DNA of 64,000 nt from an uncultured Bacteroidaceae bacterium (GTDB lineage: Bacteria > Bacteroidota > Bacteroidia > Bacteroidales > GCA-2748055): positions 1,490 through 65,489 of the forward strand of contig CAYRTD010000004.1 in NCBI GenBank assembly GCA_964426915.1, in the 5' to 3' direction. The notes beneath the pieces are model-generated. The model was not told the DNA's origin. It worked only from the letters and a program-made list of their open reading frames with translations, and ran no database searches. Positions 19,460-29,151 of this stretch are shown one piece after another. The translations under genes and the position numbers were made by a program. Position 1 is the first letter of the stretch. The number at the start of each line of letters is the position of its first letter.

Positions 19460-19698
19460 GTGAATACAATATTTTAGTTTACCGGATGATGACTATTCAT
19501 CAGGAAATGATAATTTTTATGAACCCTCAACAGATTTTTTCCCTGATAAGCCAGGGTAATCTGTCAGAAAAATTTCTGGAATATCACATCCGGAATCATT
19601 TACTGACAAAATATCCTTTTATTATGACAAAATTACAACATAAAAAGTTTTTTACTAATATTGATGGAAAATAAAAACGAAAAATAGTAATTTTCAGT

Positions 19699-20451
19699 AT
19701 GGAAATTTTAGGTATAATACCTGCAAGATATAATTCTACACGATTTCCCGGTAAACCTTTGGCAATGATAGGTAACCTGAGTATGATACAGAGAGTATAT
19801 GAACAAGGGCAGCAGGCAGTGGACGACATATATGTTGCTACTGATGATCAAAGGATTTTTAACCATGTGAAGGATTTTGGGGGAAATGTGGTAATGACTT
19901 CAACCATGCACCAAAGCGGGACGGACAGATGCCGGGAGGCTATGGATTCTATTATGGCGGGAACTTTAACAGAGCCTGATATTGTAATAAACATACAGGG
20001 GGACGAACCCTTTATAAAAGCTGAACAGATAACTTCTTTGATTTCCTGTTTCGATGATCCGGAGACAGATATTGCGACTCTCATCAAAAAAGCCAGAAGT
20101 TCACAGGAGGTTTTTGATGAAAACAGACCAAAAGTAGTATTCGACAACAAGCATTTTGCACTTTATTTCAGTCGCTCACCAATTCCATTTATGCGAGGAC
20201 TTAAAAATGAACAATGGACCGGCATGCATGATTTTTACCGGCATATAGGAATTTATGCATACCGGAGGGATGTTCTCAGGAGAATTACGGATCTGGGTAT
20301 TTCTGAACTGGAGACTGCCGAGTCGCTGGAGCAACTCAGATGGCTGCAGAATGGTTTCAGGATCAAACTTGCCAAAACCCTTACCGAATCTTTAGGGATT
20401 GATACACCTGCAGATCTGAATCTGGCTCTAAAGTTTTTAGAGAATGAATAA
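19699..20451 (+). CDS. kdsB: 3-deoxy-manno-octulosonate cytidylyltransferase
   Basis: IIPARYNSTRFPGKPL, GTDRC, NIQGDEP and full-length similarity to the KdsB pattern. Confidence 0.93.
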   Translation: MEILGIIPARYNSTRFPGKPLAMIGNLSMIQRVYEQGQQAVDDIYVATDDQRIFNHVKDFGGNVVMTSTMHQSGTDRCREAMDSIMAGTLTEPDIVINIQGDEPFIKAEQITSLISCFDDPETDIATLIKKARSSQEVFDENRPKVVFDNKHFALYFSRSPIPFMRGLKNEQWTGMHDFYRHIGIYAYRRDVLRRITDLGISELETAESLEQLRWLQNGFRIKLAKTLTESLGIDTPADLNLALKFLENE

Positions 20452-20469
20452 AGTGGCATAATGCCTCTC

Positions 20470-22899
20470 TTACTCATGTCTCAGTGAACGGGCGGGGTTA
20501 GCGCTCGCAGCCCTGTATGCCTGAATGCTTACTGTAACAAAGGCTATAAGGAAGGCTACCCCTGCCGATACCAGGAAAAACCATAATTCCAGCTGTGTCC
20601 TGTAAGGAAAATCCTGCAACCAGTTGCTCATTATTTTGTATGCAATTATCCAGGCAAGCAAGGTTGATATTAGCATGAGAACAGAGATGTTTTTAATTAT
20701 TAACAGGATGATATTGGTTGCTCTTGCACCCATGACTCTTCTGATTCCTATCTCCCGGGTTTTCTTTTCTGTTGTAAAAAGTGTAAGTCCGAATAATCCA
20801 AGACTTGCGATCAGAATGGCAAGTATTGAGAAGGTAAGGGAAATCCTGGCTGTTCTTTTTTCCTCATGGTAAAGGCTTTCAAGTTTATCATCCAGAAAAA
20901 AGTGAAGAAAGGGTTCATCGGGAAGGAACCCCTGCCATGTTTTTTCAATCTGTTTAACAGTGTGCCTGTAGCCTTTAGGGTTGCCATCCAATTGTATTGA
21001 AATATATCCACCCCAGTCCCACCATTCTTTTTTAAGAAAAAAAACTCCCGGCCTAATGGTGTTTCTTAATGAAGCCATATGGAAATCTTTTACCACTCCT
21101 ACCACTCTGTATTCCTCAGGTGCTTCTTCTCCAGGCATTAAAAGAACCGTATTCAGAGGGTCTTCAATATTATAATCCCTCACCGCTGTTTCGTTGATGA
21201 CTGCTGCCGTTGAGTCGGAAGAGAACTCTTCATTCAGGAAGCGGCCTTCCTTTAATTGTATATCATAGGTTTCCAGGTAATCATAATCCGTCCAGTTTGT
21301 AATCATCAGATATGTTTTCGCACGATCCCTTCCTTTGATCTGATAACTATTGTTATTATTTACATAGCCTGGATAAGCCGTGGAGTTGGTAGCGATTTCG
21401 ACACCAGGTATCTTCTCAATCTCCTGGATGAAGGTCTGTATTTTATCATTCAGTGGCCAAACCCTGTCAAGCACCAGATGCTGGTCTTTGGAGAATCCCA
21501 TATCTTTATTCATCATGAAATTCAACTGGTTGTAAACTACTATTGTGCCAAATATTATGATTATGGAGATAGTAAATTGTAGTACAACCAGAATATTTCT
21601 TAGTCTTCCTCCTTTCACGCCTCTTGTAAGATTCCCTTTTAAAACTTCAACGGGTTTAAAAGCTGAAAGGACAAAAGAAGGATAACTACCACTCAGTAAT
21701 CCCACTAAAAGGGCAATTCCTAAGAGGCCTGGTATGGTGTACCATTCCGAAAAGTAATCGATACTGAGATTGAGACCGATCAATTCATTGAAATAGGGCA
21801 AGAGTAATTCCACCAGGATAAGTGCAAAAATCAGTGATAAGAGACTTAGCATGATGGACTCCCATAAAAATTGATTTACAAGTTGTTTTTTTGAAGAACC
21901 CACAACCTTTCTCATACCCACTTCTTTTGCTCTGTTTGCCGAACGGGCCGTGGAAAGGTTCATAAAATTTATTGAGGCTATAACCAGGATAAGGATAGCA
22001 ATAAAGCTGAAGATAAGGAGATATTTTTTATCATGAGTAGATTTAAAACCACCTGAGATATCATTATTTAAATGAATTTCGACAAGCTCCTGAAGTTTTA
22101 TACCATACTCATTCCCTTTTTTTATAAAATCCTCCGCATTTATCCCCAGAACTGCCAAAAGATCAGATTCAATATATTTTAGGCTGACATCCTGCATTTT
22201 TTGTTCTACCTGCTGTTTGTCGGATCCCTCTTTCAGGAGAAGGTAAGTAAAAAGGTTATTACTGAGCCAGAATGTATTGTTGCTTTCCTCAAGGCTATGA
22301 TAGGAGCCTATGGCATTAAAGAGAAAGTGTGTATTTTGCGGCAGGTTTTCAATTACTCCGGTAATCCGGTATATATTTGTATCTGCATTTATTGCAACAA
22401 CTTCATTCACTGGATTTTCATTTCCGAAGATCCTGGATGAGAGGCTTTGGGTGATCACCATGGTATTTGGCTCGGTAAGAGCTTTTGCCGGATCACCATA
22501 TATCATGTTAAGATCGAAAATACTGAAAATGGAGGAATCTGCATATATAAATTTATCTTCAATTAGCTTTTTCTCTTTGTATTTTATTACTCTCTGATCA
22601 GTTTTCTTTAAACGGCAAAAATCAGTTACTTCCGGTATTTCTTCCCTGAATGCAGGCCCAGTGGGTACAGCTGTGTATGCACTGTTAAGTTCAGCACCCT
22701 CCATCTTTCCCTGGATGTTGAGCCTGTAGATGCGGTCGGATTTCTCATGGTATTTGTCATAACTTAATTCGCTGGTAATGAATAGCATGATAAATACAGA
22801 ACTGGCTATGCCAATAGATAACCCAAATATATTAATAAAGGCGTATATTCTGTTTTTAGAAATATTCCGGAATGTGGTCAGTATAAAATTTTTCAACAT
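20470..22899 (-). CDS. ABC transporter permease, FtsX/MacB-like (duplicated)
   Basis: 809 aa with two FtsX-type 4-TM modules separated by large extracytoplasmic domains. No adjacent ATPase gene. Confidence 0.9.
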   Translation of the reverse strand: MLKNFILTTFRNISKNRIYAFINIFGLSIGIASSVFIMLFITSELSYDKYHEKSDRIYRLNIQGKMEGAELNSAYTAVPTGPAFREEIPEVTDFCRLKKTDQRVIKYKEKKLIEDKFIYADSSIFSIFDLNMIYGDPAKALTEPNTMVITQSLSSRIFGNENPVNEVVAINADTNIYRITGVIENLPQNTHFLFNAIGSYHSLEESNNTFWLSNNLFTYLLLKEGSDKQQVEQKMQDVSLKYIESDLLAVLGINAEDFIKKGNEYGIKLQELVEIHLNNDISGGFKSTHDKKYLLIFSFIAILILVIASINFMNLSTARSANRAKEVGMRKVVGSSKKQLVNQFLWESIMLSLLSLIFALILVELLLPYFNELIGLNLSIDYFSEWYTIPGLLGIALLVGLLSGSYPSFVLSAFKPVEVLKGNLTRGVKGGRLRNILVVLQFTISIIIIFGTIVVYNQLNFMMNKDMGFSKDQHLVLDRVWPLNDKIQTFIQEIEKIPGVEIATNSTAYPGYVNNNNSYQIKGRDRAKTYLMITNWTDYDYLETYDIQLKEGRFLNEEFSSDSTAAVINETAVRDYNIEDPLNTVLLMPGEEAPEEYRVVGVVKDFHMASLRNTIRPGVFFLKKEWWDWGGYISIQLDGNPKGYRHTVKQIEKTWQGFLPDEPFLHFFLDDKLESLYHEEKRTARISLTFSILAILIASLGLFGLTLFTTEKKTREIGIRRVMGARATNIILLIIKNISVLMLISTLLAWIIAYKIMSNWLQDFPYRTQLELWFFLVSAGVAFLIAFVTVSIQAYRAASANPARSLRHE

Positions 22900-23081
22900 G
22901 ATTTATCATCCTTATTTTTCATTGAAAAATGTATCAACATTTATACCATTAGAGGTAAACGTCAGGTAGTCAGATAGTAATAAAAATCCCGCATTACAGA
23001 CTATTGATCTGAAAATGTTCTAAATAGAACAGAGGTGTACGATTTCGGATACGGGGGGGGTATAACTGGCACAAAGTGTAA

Positions 23082-23112
23082 AGATATCGGACATTATGGA
23101 CAGACACTAATT
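23082..23112 (+). repeat. solo terminal unit of repeat family 1
   Basis: AGATATCGGACATTATGGACAGACACTAATT is identical to 29302-29332. It contains the TAG stop (23107-23109) of the adjacent gene. Confidence 0.6.
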
Positions 23113-23619
23113 GAAACGAACTTCCAGATAGAAGGAAGAAAAAATATCATTAATCTTTACAAATGAGTATTTCAGCGGTTTGCCGGATATTTTCGCAATT
23201 TCTATTATACCGAGACCCGCTCCCCCTTTGCTTGAAAATTTGCCATCACAGATTCTTTCCCTGTATAAGAGTTTTAACTCATCCACATTTTTAGAGTTCA
23301 CGAGATCAAGTCTTGCCTTCAGTTCGGGTACATGGTTGTTCCTTATTGGATTGGAACTTCGTATAAAATAGCTTGTCTCGTTCTGTACAATTTTGAACCA
23401 GGGTATATAGTTCTGAACGATAAACTGATTATCATGATACTGGTCGCTGTATTTATATATGTTTTCAAGAACTTCGATCATGATCGATAGGATCTTTTTA
23501 TAAGCTCCGAGGTTCAGACCATTTCTTCTCATTTTATGCTTAAGCATTGTGAGAAGCCGACCTACAGTGCTGAAGGTGAGGTGCCCGGTATATTCAATTA
23601 TTGTTTTTTCGTCAGCCAT
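23107..23619 (-). CDS. SiaB-like / DUF6272-type HATPase-fold protein (anti-sigma-kinase-like)
   Basis: About 170 aa with GGAGLGIIEIAKISGKPLKYSF near the C-terminus, resembling SiaB-family partner-switch kinases. The ATG at 23619 is preferred over the TTG at 23634. Confidence 0.5.
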   Translation of the reverse strand: MADEKTIIEYTGHLTFSTVGRLLTMLKHKMRRNGLNLGAYKKILSIMIEVLENIYKYSDQYHDNQFIVQNYIPWFKIVQNETSYFIRSSNPIRNNHVPELKARLDLVNSKNVDELKLLYRERICDGKFSSKGGAGLGIIEIAKISGKPLKYSFVKINDIFSSFYLEVRFN

Positions 23620-23680
23620 AAAAAAGCGTAACAACTATTCAGTAGAAAAGATGGCCTATAAGCCTATAAACTGCGTTAAC

Positions 23681-24160
23681 TCAGTTTTCATTGTTTAATT
23701 TATAGCCTGAGTCCTCAGGAAGGTTTTTGCCTTTTCCTGCCTCAACCGCCAGCCTGTCGCACCTCTCATTTTCAGCTATATTCGCATGTCCCTTTATCCA
23801 TTTAATATTTACGTGATGTTTGCGATAAAGTTCTAAAAACTTTTTCCACAGGTCGGGATTTTTCCTGTTTTTGAAACCCTTTTTTTCCCAGGTATAAAGC
23901 CATCCTTTGTTGATGGCGTCTGCCACATATCTGGAATCAGTATATATCTTCACACGGGCTTTTTCCCATTTAATGGCTTCGAGTCCTCTTATCACAGCCA
24001 TTAATTCCATCCTGTTGTTTGTAGTACATTTGAAACCTTCCGCTATTTCTTTTCTGAGCCTGCCCACCTTAAGTACCACACCAAAACCTCCGGGTCCTGG
24101 GTTGCCACTGGCAGCCCCGTCGGTATACATAATAATAACTGGTTTCTTATTATCGTTCAT
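23681..24160 (-). CDS. rnhA: ribonuclease HI
   Basis: YTDGAASGNPGPGGFGVVL, TNNRMELMAVIRGLEA, IYTDSRYV, WIKGHANIAENERCDRLA. Confidence 0.93.
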   Translation of the reverse strand: MNDNKKPVIIMYTDGAASGNPGPGGFGVVLKVGRLRKEIAEGFKCTTNNRMELMAVIRGLEAIKWEKARVKIYTDSRYVADAINKGWLYTWEKKGFKNRKNPDLWKKFLELYRKHHVNIKWIKGHANIAENERCDRLAVEAGKGKNLPEDSGYKLNNEN

Positions 24161-24174
24161 AGAATCGGAATGGT

Positions 24175-24246
24175 AAAAAAAATTGTGACCCCTGACTATT
24201 TATTTGGCAATGCGAACTGAGCAAGGCTAATAGTCAGGGATCACAA
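24175..24246 (-). terminator. long-stem intrinsic terminator after the S46 peptidase gene
   Basis: An 18-bp stem with one mismatch: TTGTGACCCCTGACTATT (24183-24200) / AATAGTCAGGGATCACAA (24229-24246). The loop is 28 nt. On the minus strand it is followed by T8 (24175-24182). It ends 14 nt before the rnhA ATG. Confidence 0.65.
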
Positions 24247-24304
24247 AAATTCCACTCTAATATAGCTAAAATATTTTATACTTTAAATATGAGGATTATT
24301 AGTA

Positions 24305-26461
24305 TTATTCAATAATTTTCATTTCTTCGATAAGATTCGTAGCACCGGCAAATTTATCGATAATAAAAAGGACATAGCGTATGTCAACATTAATGCATTT
24401 CTGGAGATCCTCTTCGAAAGCGACATCACCGCTCATTGCCTCCCAATTACCGTCGAAAGCTACTCCAATAAGCTCACCACGTGCATTTAAAACAGGACTT
24501 CCTGAATTGCCACCTGTAATGTCGTTATTGGTAATGAAACAAACATGCATATTTCCGTTTGCACTGTATCGTCCAAAGTCTTTTTCCCTGTAAAGTTCTT
24601 TCAGGCGCTCATCGACAATAAATTCTTCATCACCGGGATCTTCCTTTTCCATCACGCCTTTAAGAGTTGTGAAATATGAGTATTTAACAGCATCTTTTGG
24701 GTAATAGCCACCTACGGAACCATAGCTTAGTCTCAGGGTAGAGTTGGCATCGGGGTAAAATTCCCTGTCTCGCTGCATTTCTTTTATTCCGGCCATCCAA
24801 AGACGATTTCCTTCTTCGATCATTTCATTATATTTTGACAATATGGCATTCAAGCCCACATAGGTCTCGAAAAATGAAATTGCGAGCTGTATACCGGGGT
24901 CTTTTTCCATGGTTTTAAGGTCAGGGTCCTCAAGGAATTCCATAACATCTTCTTCATAAGGAAGCATGGACTTTTTGAAATACCTTTCAACATACTTATC
25001 TACATCTCCTTTGTGTTTTTTTTGTATTACCTCAAATATATCAGGTTGATGCTGATGAGCTACATCGTCCAACATTAGCTGAAGCATGGCTTTGGTGATT
25101 TTTTTATCTGTGTCAGCATTATAATCTTTGTAAAACTCTATGGCATTATTCCTGACAAAAGCGGCAATCATATTCACTTTTTCCATGTCCGGTTCTTCAG
25201 CGCTCAGTTCCATGTAGAGAAAGCGGAGCATATTGCCAATCTGCACAGTTTCCATTCCCGAAAACATAGTTTCCATAAGATACTGAGTTGAATGTTTCAG
25301 GTCTGTTCTCTCTTTGATACCGGTTTCGATCAATGTCAGCGCTTCACCATAATATTCTTTTCTTGTTTCTTCTTTATTCAGCCATTCCCTGAAATTACTT
25401 TCCATCTCACGTTTTCTTTCCAGGACATTAAGATTTCTCAAACCCTCGGTTTGTCCTATTGAGTATTTCCAATAATTGGAGGAACGGGAATATTTTGCCG
25501 AATACATAATGTCGATTCTTTCACTGGCTCTCATGTCCCTTAGCATTATTTCCTGTTTAATTCCCCGGATCTTAATCCTGTTGGGATGTGTAATATTAAG
25601 TAATTCTTCCACTTCCCAGGATGTCATGTATCGATCAGTTGATCCAGGAAATCCCATAACCATTGCGAAATCTTCTTTTTCGTAGCCCTTTAGTGAAACC
25701 GGGAGAAAATGTTTGGGTTTGAGTGGAATATTGTCCTGTGAAAAATCTGCAGGTTTACCATCCGGTCCGGTATAAACACGGAAAAGAGCGAAGTCGCCCG
25801 TATGTCTTGGCCACATCCAATTGTCAGTATCATGACCGAATTTCCCGATCGATTCCGGTGGAGCACCAACGAGTCTTACATCCCGGAATGTCTCATTTAC
25901 AAAAAGAATGTACTTGTTTCCTTTATAAAAACTCCTTACATAAGCATCATAATGAGTACCGTCAGTAGCTTCCGCTATAATATCCCTTGTCAGGTCTTCA
26001 ATTTTTTCCTTTCTGGCATCTCCTGTAATACCGGGGCTCAACTCCGGAACTATTTTATCAGAGACATCTTCAATTTTTACAACAAAAGTAATCGTCTTTC
26101 CCGGATTGGGAAGTTCTTTTTCTTTTGACATTGCCCAGAAACCATTTTTCAGATAGTTGTGTTCAACACTGCTGTGATCCTGTATCTCACCGTAACCGCA
26201 GTGATGATTAGTGAGAAGCAGTCCTTCTCCGGATATAAGCTCAGCAGTGCAGGATCCTCCGTCAAGAGCGCCAACCGCATCTTTCAGGCTCGAATTGTTG
26301 ATACTGTAAATTTGTTCAGCGGAAAGTTCAAATCCCATTTTTCTCATTTCTTCCATGTTCTTCTCCTGTAAGAGGTGGAGAAGCCACATACCTTCATCAG
26401 CTTTTAAGGTTAAAAACGACGTGAAGCCTATCAGAATCAGAAAAGAAAATATTTTTTTCAT
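24305..26461 (-). CDS. S46 family dipeptidyl-peptidase (DPP7/DPP11-like)
   Basis: Signal peptide, then ADEGMWLL. Catalytic His in TNHHCGY and catalytic Ser in GGNSGSPV. About 718 aa. Confidence 0.92.
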   Translation of the reverse strand: MKKIFSFLILIGFTSFLTLKADEGMWLLHLLQEKNMEEMRKMGFELSAEQIYSINNSSLKDAVGALDGGSCTAELISGEGLLLTNHHCGYGEIQDHSSVEHNYLKNGFWAMSKEKELPNPGKTITFVVKIEDVSDKIVPELSPGITGDARKEKIEDLTRDIIAEATDGTHYDAYVRSFYKGNKYILFVNETFRDVRLVGAPPESIGKFGHDTDNWMWPRHTGDFALFRVYTGPDGKPADFSQDNIPLKPKHFLPVSLKGYEKEDFAMVMGFPGSTDRYMTSWEVEELLNITHPNRIKIRGIKQEIMLRDMRASERIDIMYSAKYSRSSNYWKYSIGQTEGLRNLNVLERKREMESNFREWLNKEETRKEYYGEALTLIETGIKERTDLKHSTQYLMETMFSGMETVQIGNMLRFLYMELSAEEPDMEKVNMIAAFVRNNAIEFYKDYNADTDKKITKAMLQLMLDDVAHQHQPDIFEVIQKKHKGDVDKYVERYFKKSMLPYEEDVMEFLEDPDLKTMEKDPGIQLAISFFETYVGLNAILSKYNEMIEEGNRLWMAGIKEMQRDREFYPDANSTLRLSYGSVGGYYPKDAVKYSYFTTLKGVMEKEDPGDEEFIVDERLKELYREKDFGRYSANGNMHVCFITNNDITGGNSGSPVLNARGELIGVAFDGNWEAMSGDVAFEEDLQKCINVDIRYVLFIIDKFAGATNLIEEMKIIE

Positions 26462-26702
26462 ATTGAAATGGTTAAATTAAATAGAAAGTAATCCTGCAAA
26501 GATAAAAGATTTTACAAGAAATTTTTTATGTTAAGGAATACAGCCTGCTGAGGAGAAAGCAAAGACGAATCCTTCTGCATTCCTTGTATCTGATGTTTCG
26601 GAAGGAATTATGGAACTAATATTTTGTAACTGAAGATTTTTTTACCTTTTGCTTATTGCTTAAGAAACACTAAGCGAAAAGATTCTTGTGGAAGCGGAAT
26701 GA

Positions 26703-29114
26703 TTATTTAACCACAAATTCTGCTTCTCCAGTCCCGGGCCGACCTCCTATATCCATACCTTCAACAATAATGGAATAGTCACCTTCCAGATCGGAAGTGT
26801 AAAAGTCTATTGCAGCCCTGCCGTCGGCTCCGGTAACAATATCGGGTTCCCACAATAATGTGGTCCGGTTATCATCAAACATTTCATCCCTGTGTTCTAT
26901 TTCGTATTTTGGAGAATAGAATTCCCTGGGCGTATAATACCCGAGCATTTTAAAGTCTATTACTCCTTTTAACATGAACTTACCGCGTTTGGTAAAAATA
27001 GCTATGACCCCGTTTGCTCCCCTGGATCCGTATATCGCTGCATCTGCTCCTTTAAGTATTTCAATTCTGTCAATATCATAAGGATTCATGTTAAGAGCAA
27101 AACTTTTATCCACGGGAACCCCATCAACAATAAATAGAGGATCGGTACTGCCAAAAATGCTGTTTATACCTCTGATGGTAATGTTATTCCCGTTTACTAA
27201 CACTCCCGGAACACGTCCCTGGATAATCTGCGCCACATTGGTATAGTTTTGAAGGTTTTCGTCCATCTCAATCACATCTCGCGGTTCGTGGTGAATTCTG
27301 TGATAGCTATTATTTTCTTCGTAAAAGGGATCATTCTCTTTTTCTATTTCTTCTTCTGTCTTTTCTGTTACCCATCTGCCCTTTTCACCGGGTCTTCTTA
27401 AATGCTGCTGTGTCAGATATTGAATATCTTCCATATGCATCGGGTCCTGCTGATTAAGCACGATCACCAGATTCTTCCTTCCGCTGTGCCTTACTGCCTC
27501 AATTTTAACTCCAATAGTATCAGGATAACTCAGATTTTTGAAATAAAAATACCCATGAGGTCCTGACCTGGTGGTATAGATGTCATTGAACTGGTTTAAT
27601 ATCGTTAAAGTTACCCGTATATCGCCTAGGGGCAGACCGAAGAATTCACGGGTTATACGCCCGCTAATCTCAATACCCTTTTCTATGTGATAATCTACCG
27701 GCAATTTATTATTAAGCTTCACTATACTCCATGCGAACCTGCGCCAGCCTTGAGTAAGCATTAAATTGTCGATTTGAGCGGCTTTTGCGGAATTATAATT
27801 TTTGAAATAATAACCGGGGTTTTCAATATTTCCCTTCAGATCAGAATCGAGGAGCATTTCACTGACTATATTGGTTTTGTCGGATAATTCTGAATCTTTG
27901 ACTACTGCAAGTGAAAAGTTGCCTCTGACAGGTTTTCCTTCAGGGTCGCTGACATAAATGCCTGAGTTCATTTTTTCTCTTTTGCCTGCAACAGACCAGT
28001 TTTTTATTAGCTCTATATTAATTCCGGCATTATCGTAAATAAAAACCAGACGCTCACTAACAGGATTAGCGGAACTGTTGAAGAGTGTAAAATGGGCAAT
28101 ACCGTTGGGGAAATTGTCCCTGGAAACTGCTACGCCTGTCTTTTCCCTTAAATCCAATTCTGCAGTGAACCTTGCATTACCTCTGGTGTGGGCAAGTAAA
28201 TGATAATTAGTATTGGGCGGGTAATTTCCGGGCTTTAGATTTGTAAGGAGATTTATATATATACTATCTTTTTTTAGATGATCTATTTTAAGATTCACAC
28301 CCATATCTGAACCCCTGGGCAAACTGAATTTCTCCTCTTTACCATCCGGGAAAACGGCATTAATAAAATACTTATTACCGGGTTCAGGAGTGAAGCTGAA
28401 TGTCCCCATTCCCAAATATTCACTTTTAAAATTCAGAATAAGATTCCCTTTCTTATCCTTTAGATCAGCTTCAAAATCAATCCCGAATCCAAGATCGTTT
28501 ATTGCCTTGAAGGCAACCCGGTTCTCTACACCCACAAGAAGGCTTCCGCCTTCAGGATGAAAAGTGATATCATACTTGTTTTGTTTCCGGTCAGATTGTC
28601 TTTTGGATTGTTTTATCCGTCTGACCTCATCTTTTGTAATATAGGTGGCAAAACCGGGATTCCGGATATATATATCTCTGGTAAAAAGAAAATCTTCTCC
28701 CAGGTTACGCATCCAGTTGGTATATGCTCTTAATTTATAGCGACCTTCGGGGACAGTGTCCTCTAGTGAAAAATCTCCTTTTGCCAGCCCGTCTGAAAGT
28801 CTCAGAAGTCTTGTCTGAACCACGAAACCTGAAGGATTGATCAGGTCTACATACAGATTTGTGCTCATTTGGTCAGGCCGGTGATCGGAAGCATTAATAA
28901 CATAGGCTTTAAACCAGATCCTTTCATCAGCCTGATAGTTATTTTTATCGCTATGTAAATAGGCTTTTTGCTGGGGATACCATTCATAATGGTTTTGCAA
29001 TTTACCTAGAAGACTGCGCAATAAGTTTGTTTCCGGATCTGTATCTGCTCTGAATGCTGTCAGAAAAAAGACCGGAATAAAAACAAGCAATGAATATAAA
29101 ATTTTTCTGTTCAT
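26703..29114 (-). CDS. MG2-like plus TonB-receptor Plug domain protein (no beta-barrel)
   Basis: Signal peptide. N-terminal alpha-2-macroglobulin MG2-like segment (ERIWFKAYVINA...GRYKLRAYTNW). Plug-like segment (ITIRGINSIFGSTDPLFIVDGVPV...IDRIEILKGADAAIYGSRGANGVIAIFTKRG). Confidence 0.7.
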   Translation of the reverse strand: MNRKILYSLLVFIPVFFLTAFRADTDPETNLLRSLLGKLQNHYEWYPQQKAYLHSDKNNYQADERIWFKAYVINASDHRPDQMSTNLYVDLINPSGFVVQTRLLRLSDGLAKGDFSLEDTVPEGRYKLRAYTNWMRNLGEDFLFTRDIYIRNPGFATYITKDEVRRIKQSKRQSDRKQNKYDITFHPEGGSLLVGVENRVAFKAINDLGFGIDFEADLKDKKGNLILNFKSEYLGMGTFSFTPEPGNKYFINAVFPDGKEEKFSLPRGSDMGVNLKIDHLKKDSIYINLLTNLKPGNYPPNTNYHLLAHTRGNARFTAELDLREKTGVAVSRDNFPNGIAHFTLFNSSANPVSERLVFIYDNAGINIELIKNWSVAGKREKMNSGIYVSDPEGKPVRGNFSLAVVKDSELSDKTNIVSEMLLDSDLKGNIENPGYYFKNYNSAKAAQIDNLMLTQGWRRFAWSIVKLNNKLPVDYHIEKGIEISGRITREFFGLPLGDIRVTLTILNQFNDIYTTRSGPHGYFYFKNLSYPDTIGVKIEAVRHSGRKNLVIVLNQQDPMHMEDIQYLTQQHLRRPGEKGRWVTEKTEEEIEKENDPFYEENNSYHRIHHEPRDVIEMDENLQNYTNVAQIIQGRVPGVLVNGNNITIRGINSIFGSTDPLFIVDGVPVDKSFALNMNPYDIDRIEILKGADAAIYGSRGANGVIAIFTKRGKFMLKGVIDFKMLGYYTPREFYSPKYEIEHRDEMFDDNRTTLLWEPDIVTGADGRAAIDFYTSDLEGDYSIIVEGMDIGGRPGTGEAEFVVK

Positions 29115-29151
29115 GCTACCCCCCTTATGGTAAATCGCACAAAAACCATTC

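Noticed and set aside
19486-19674. 62-aa + strand ORF between the sigma-54 activator gene and kdsB
   Set aside because: It occupies the divergent promoter region and has no recognisable motifs. I noticed nothing else to support it.
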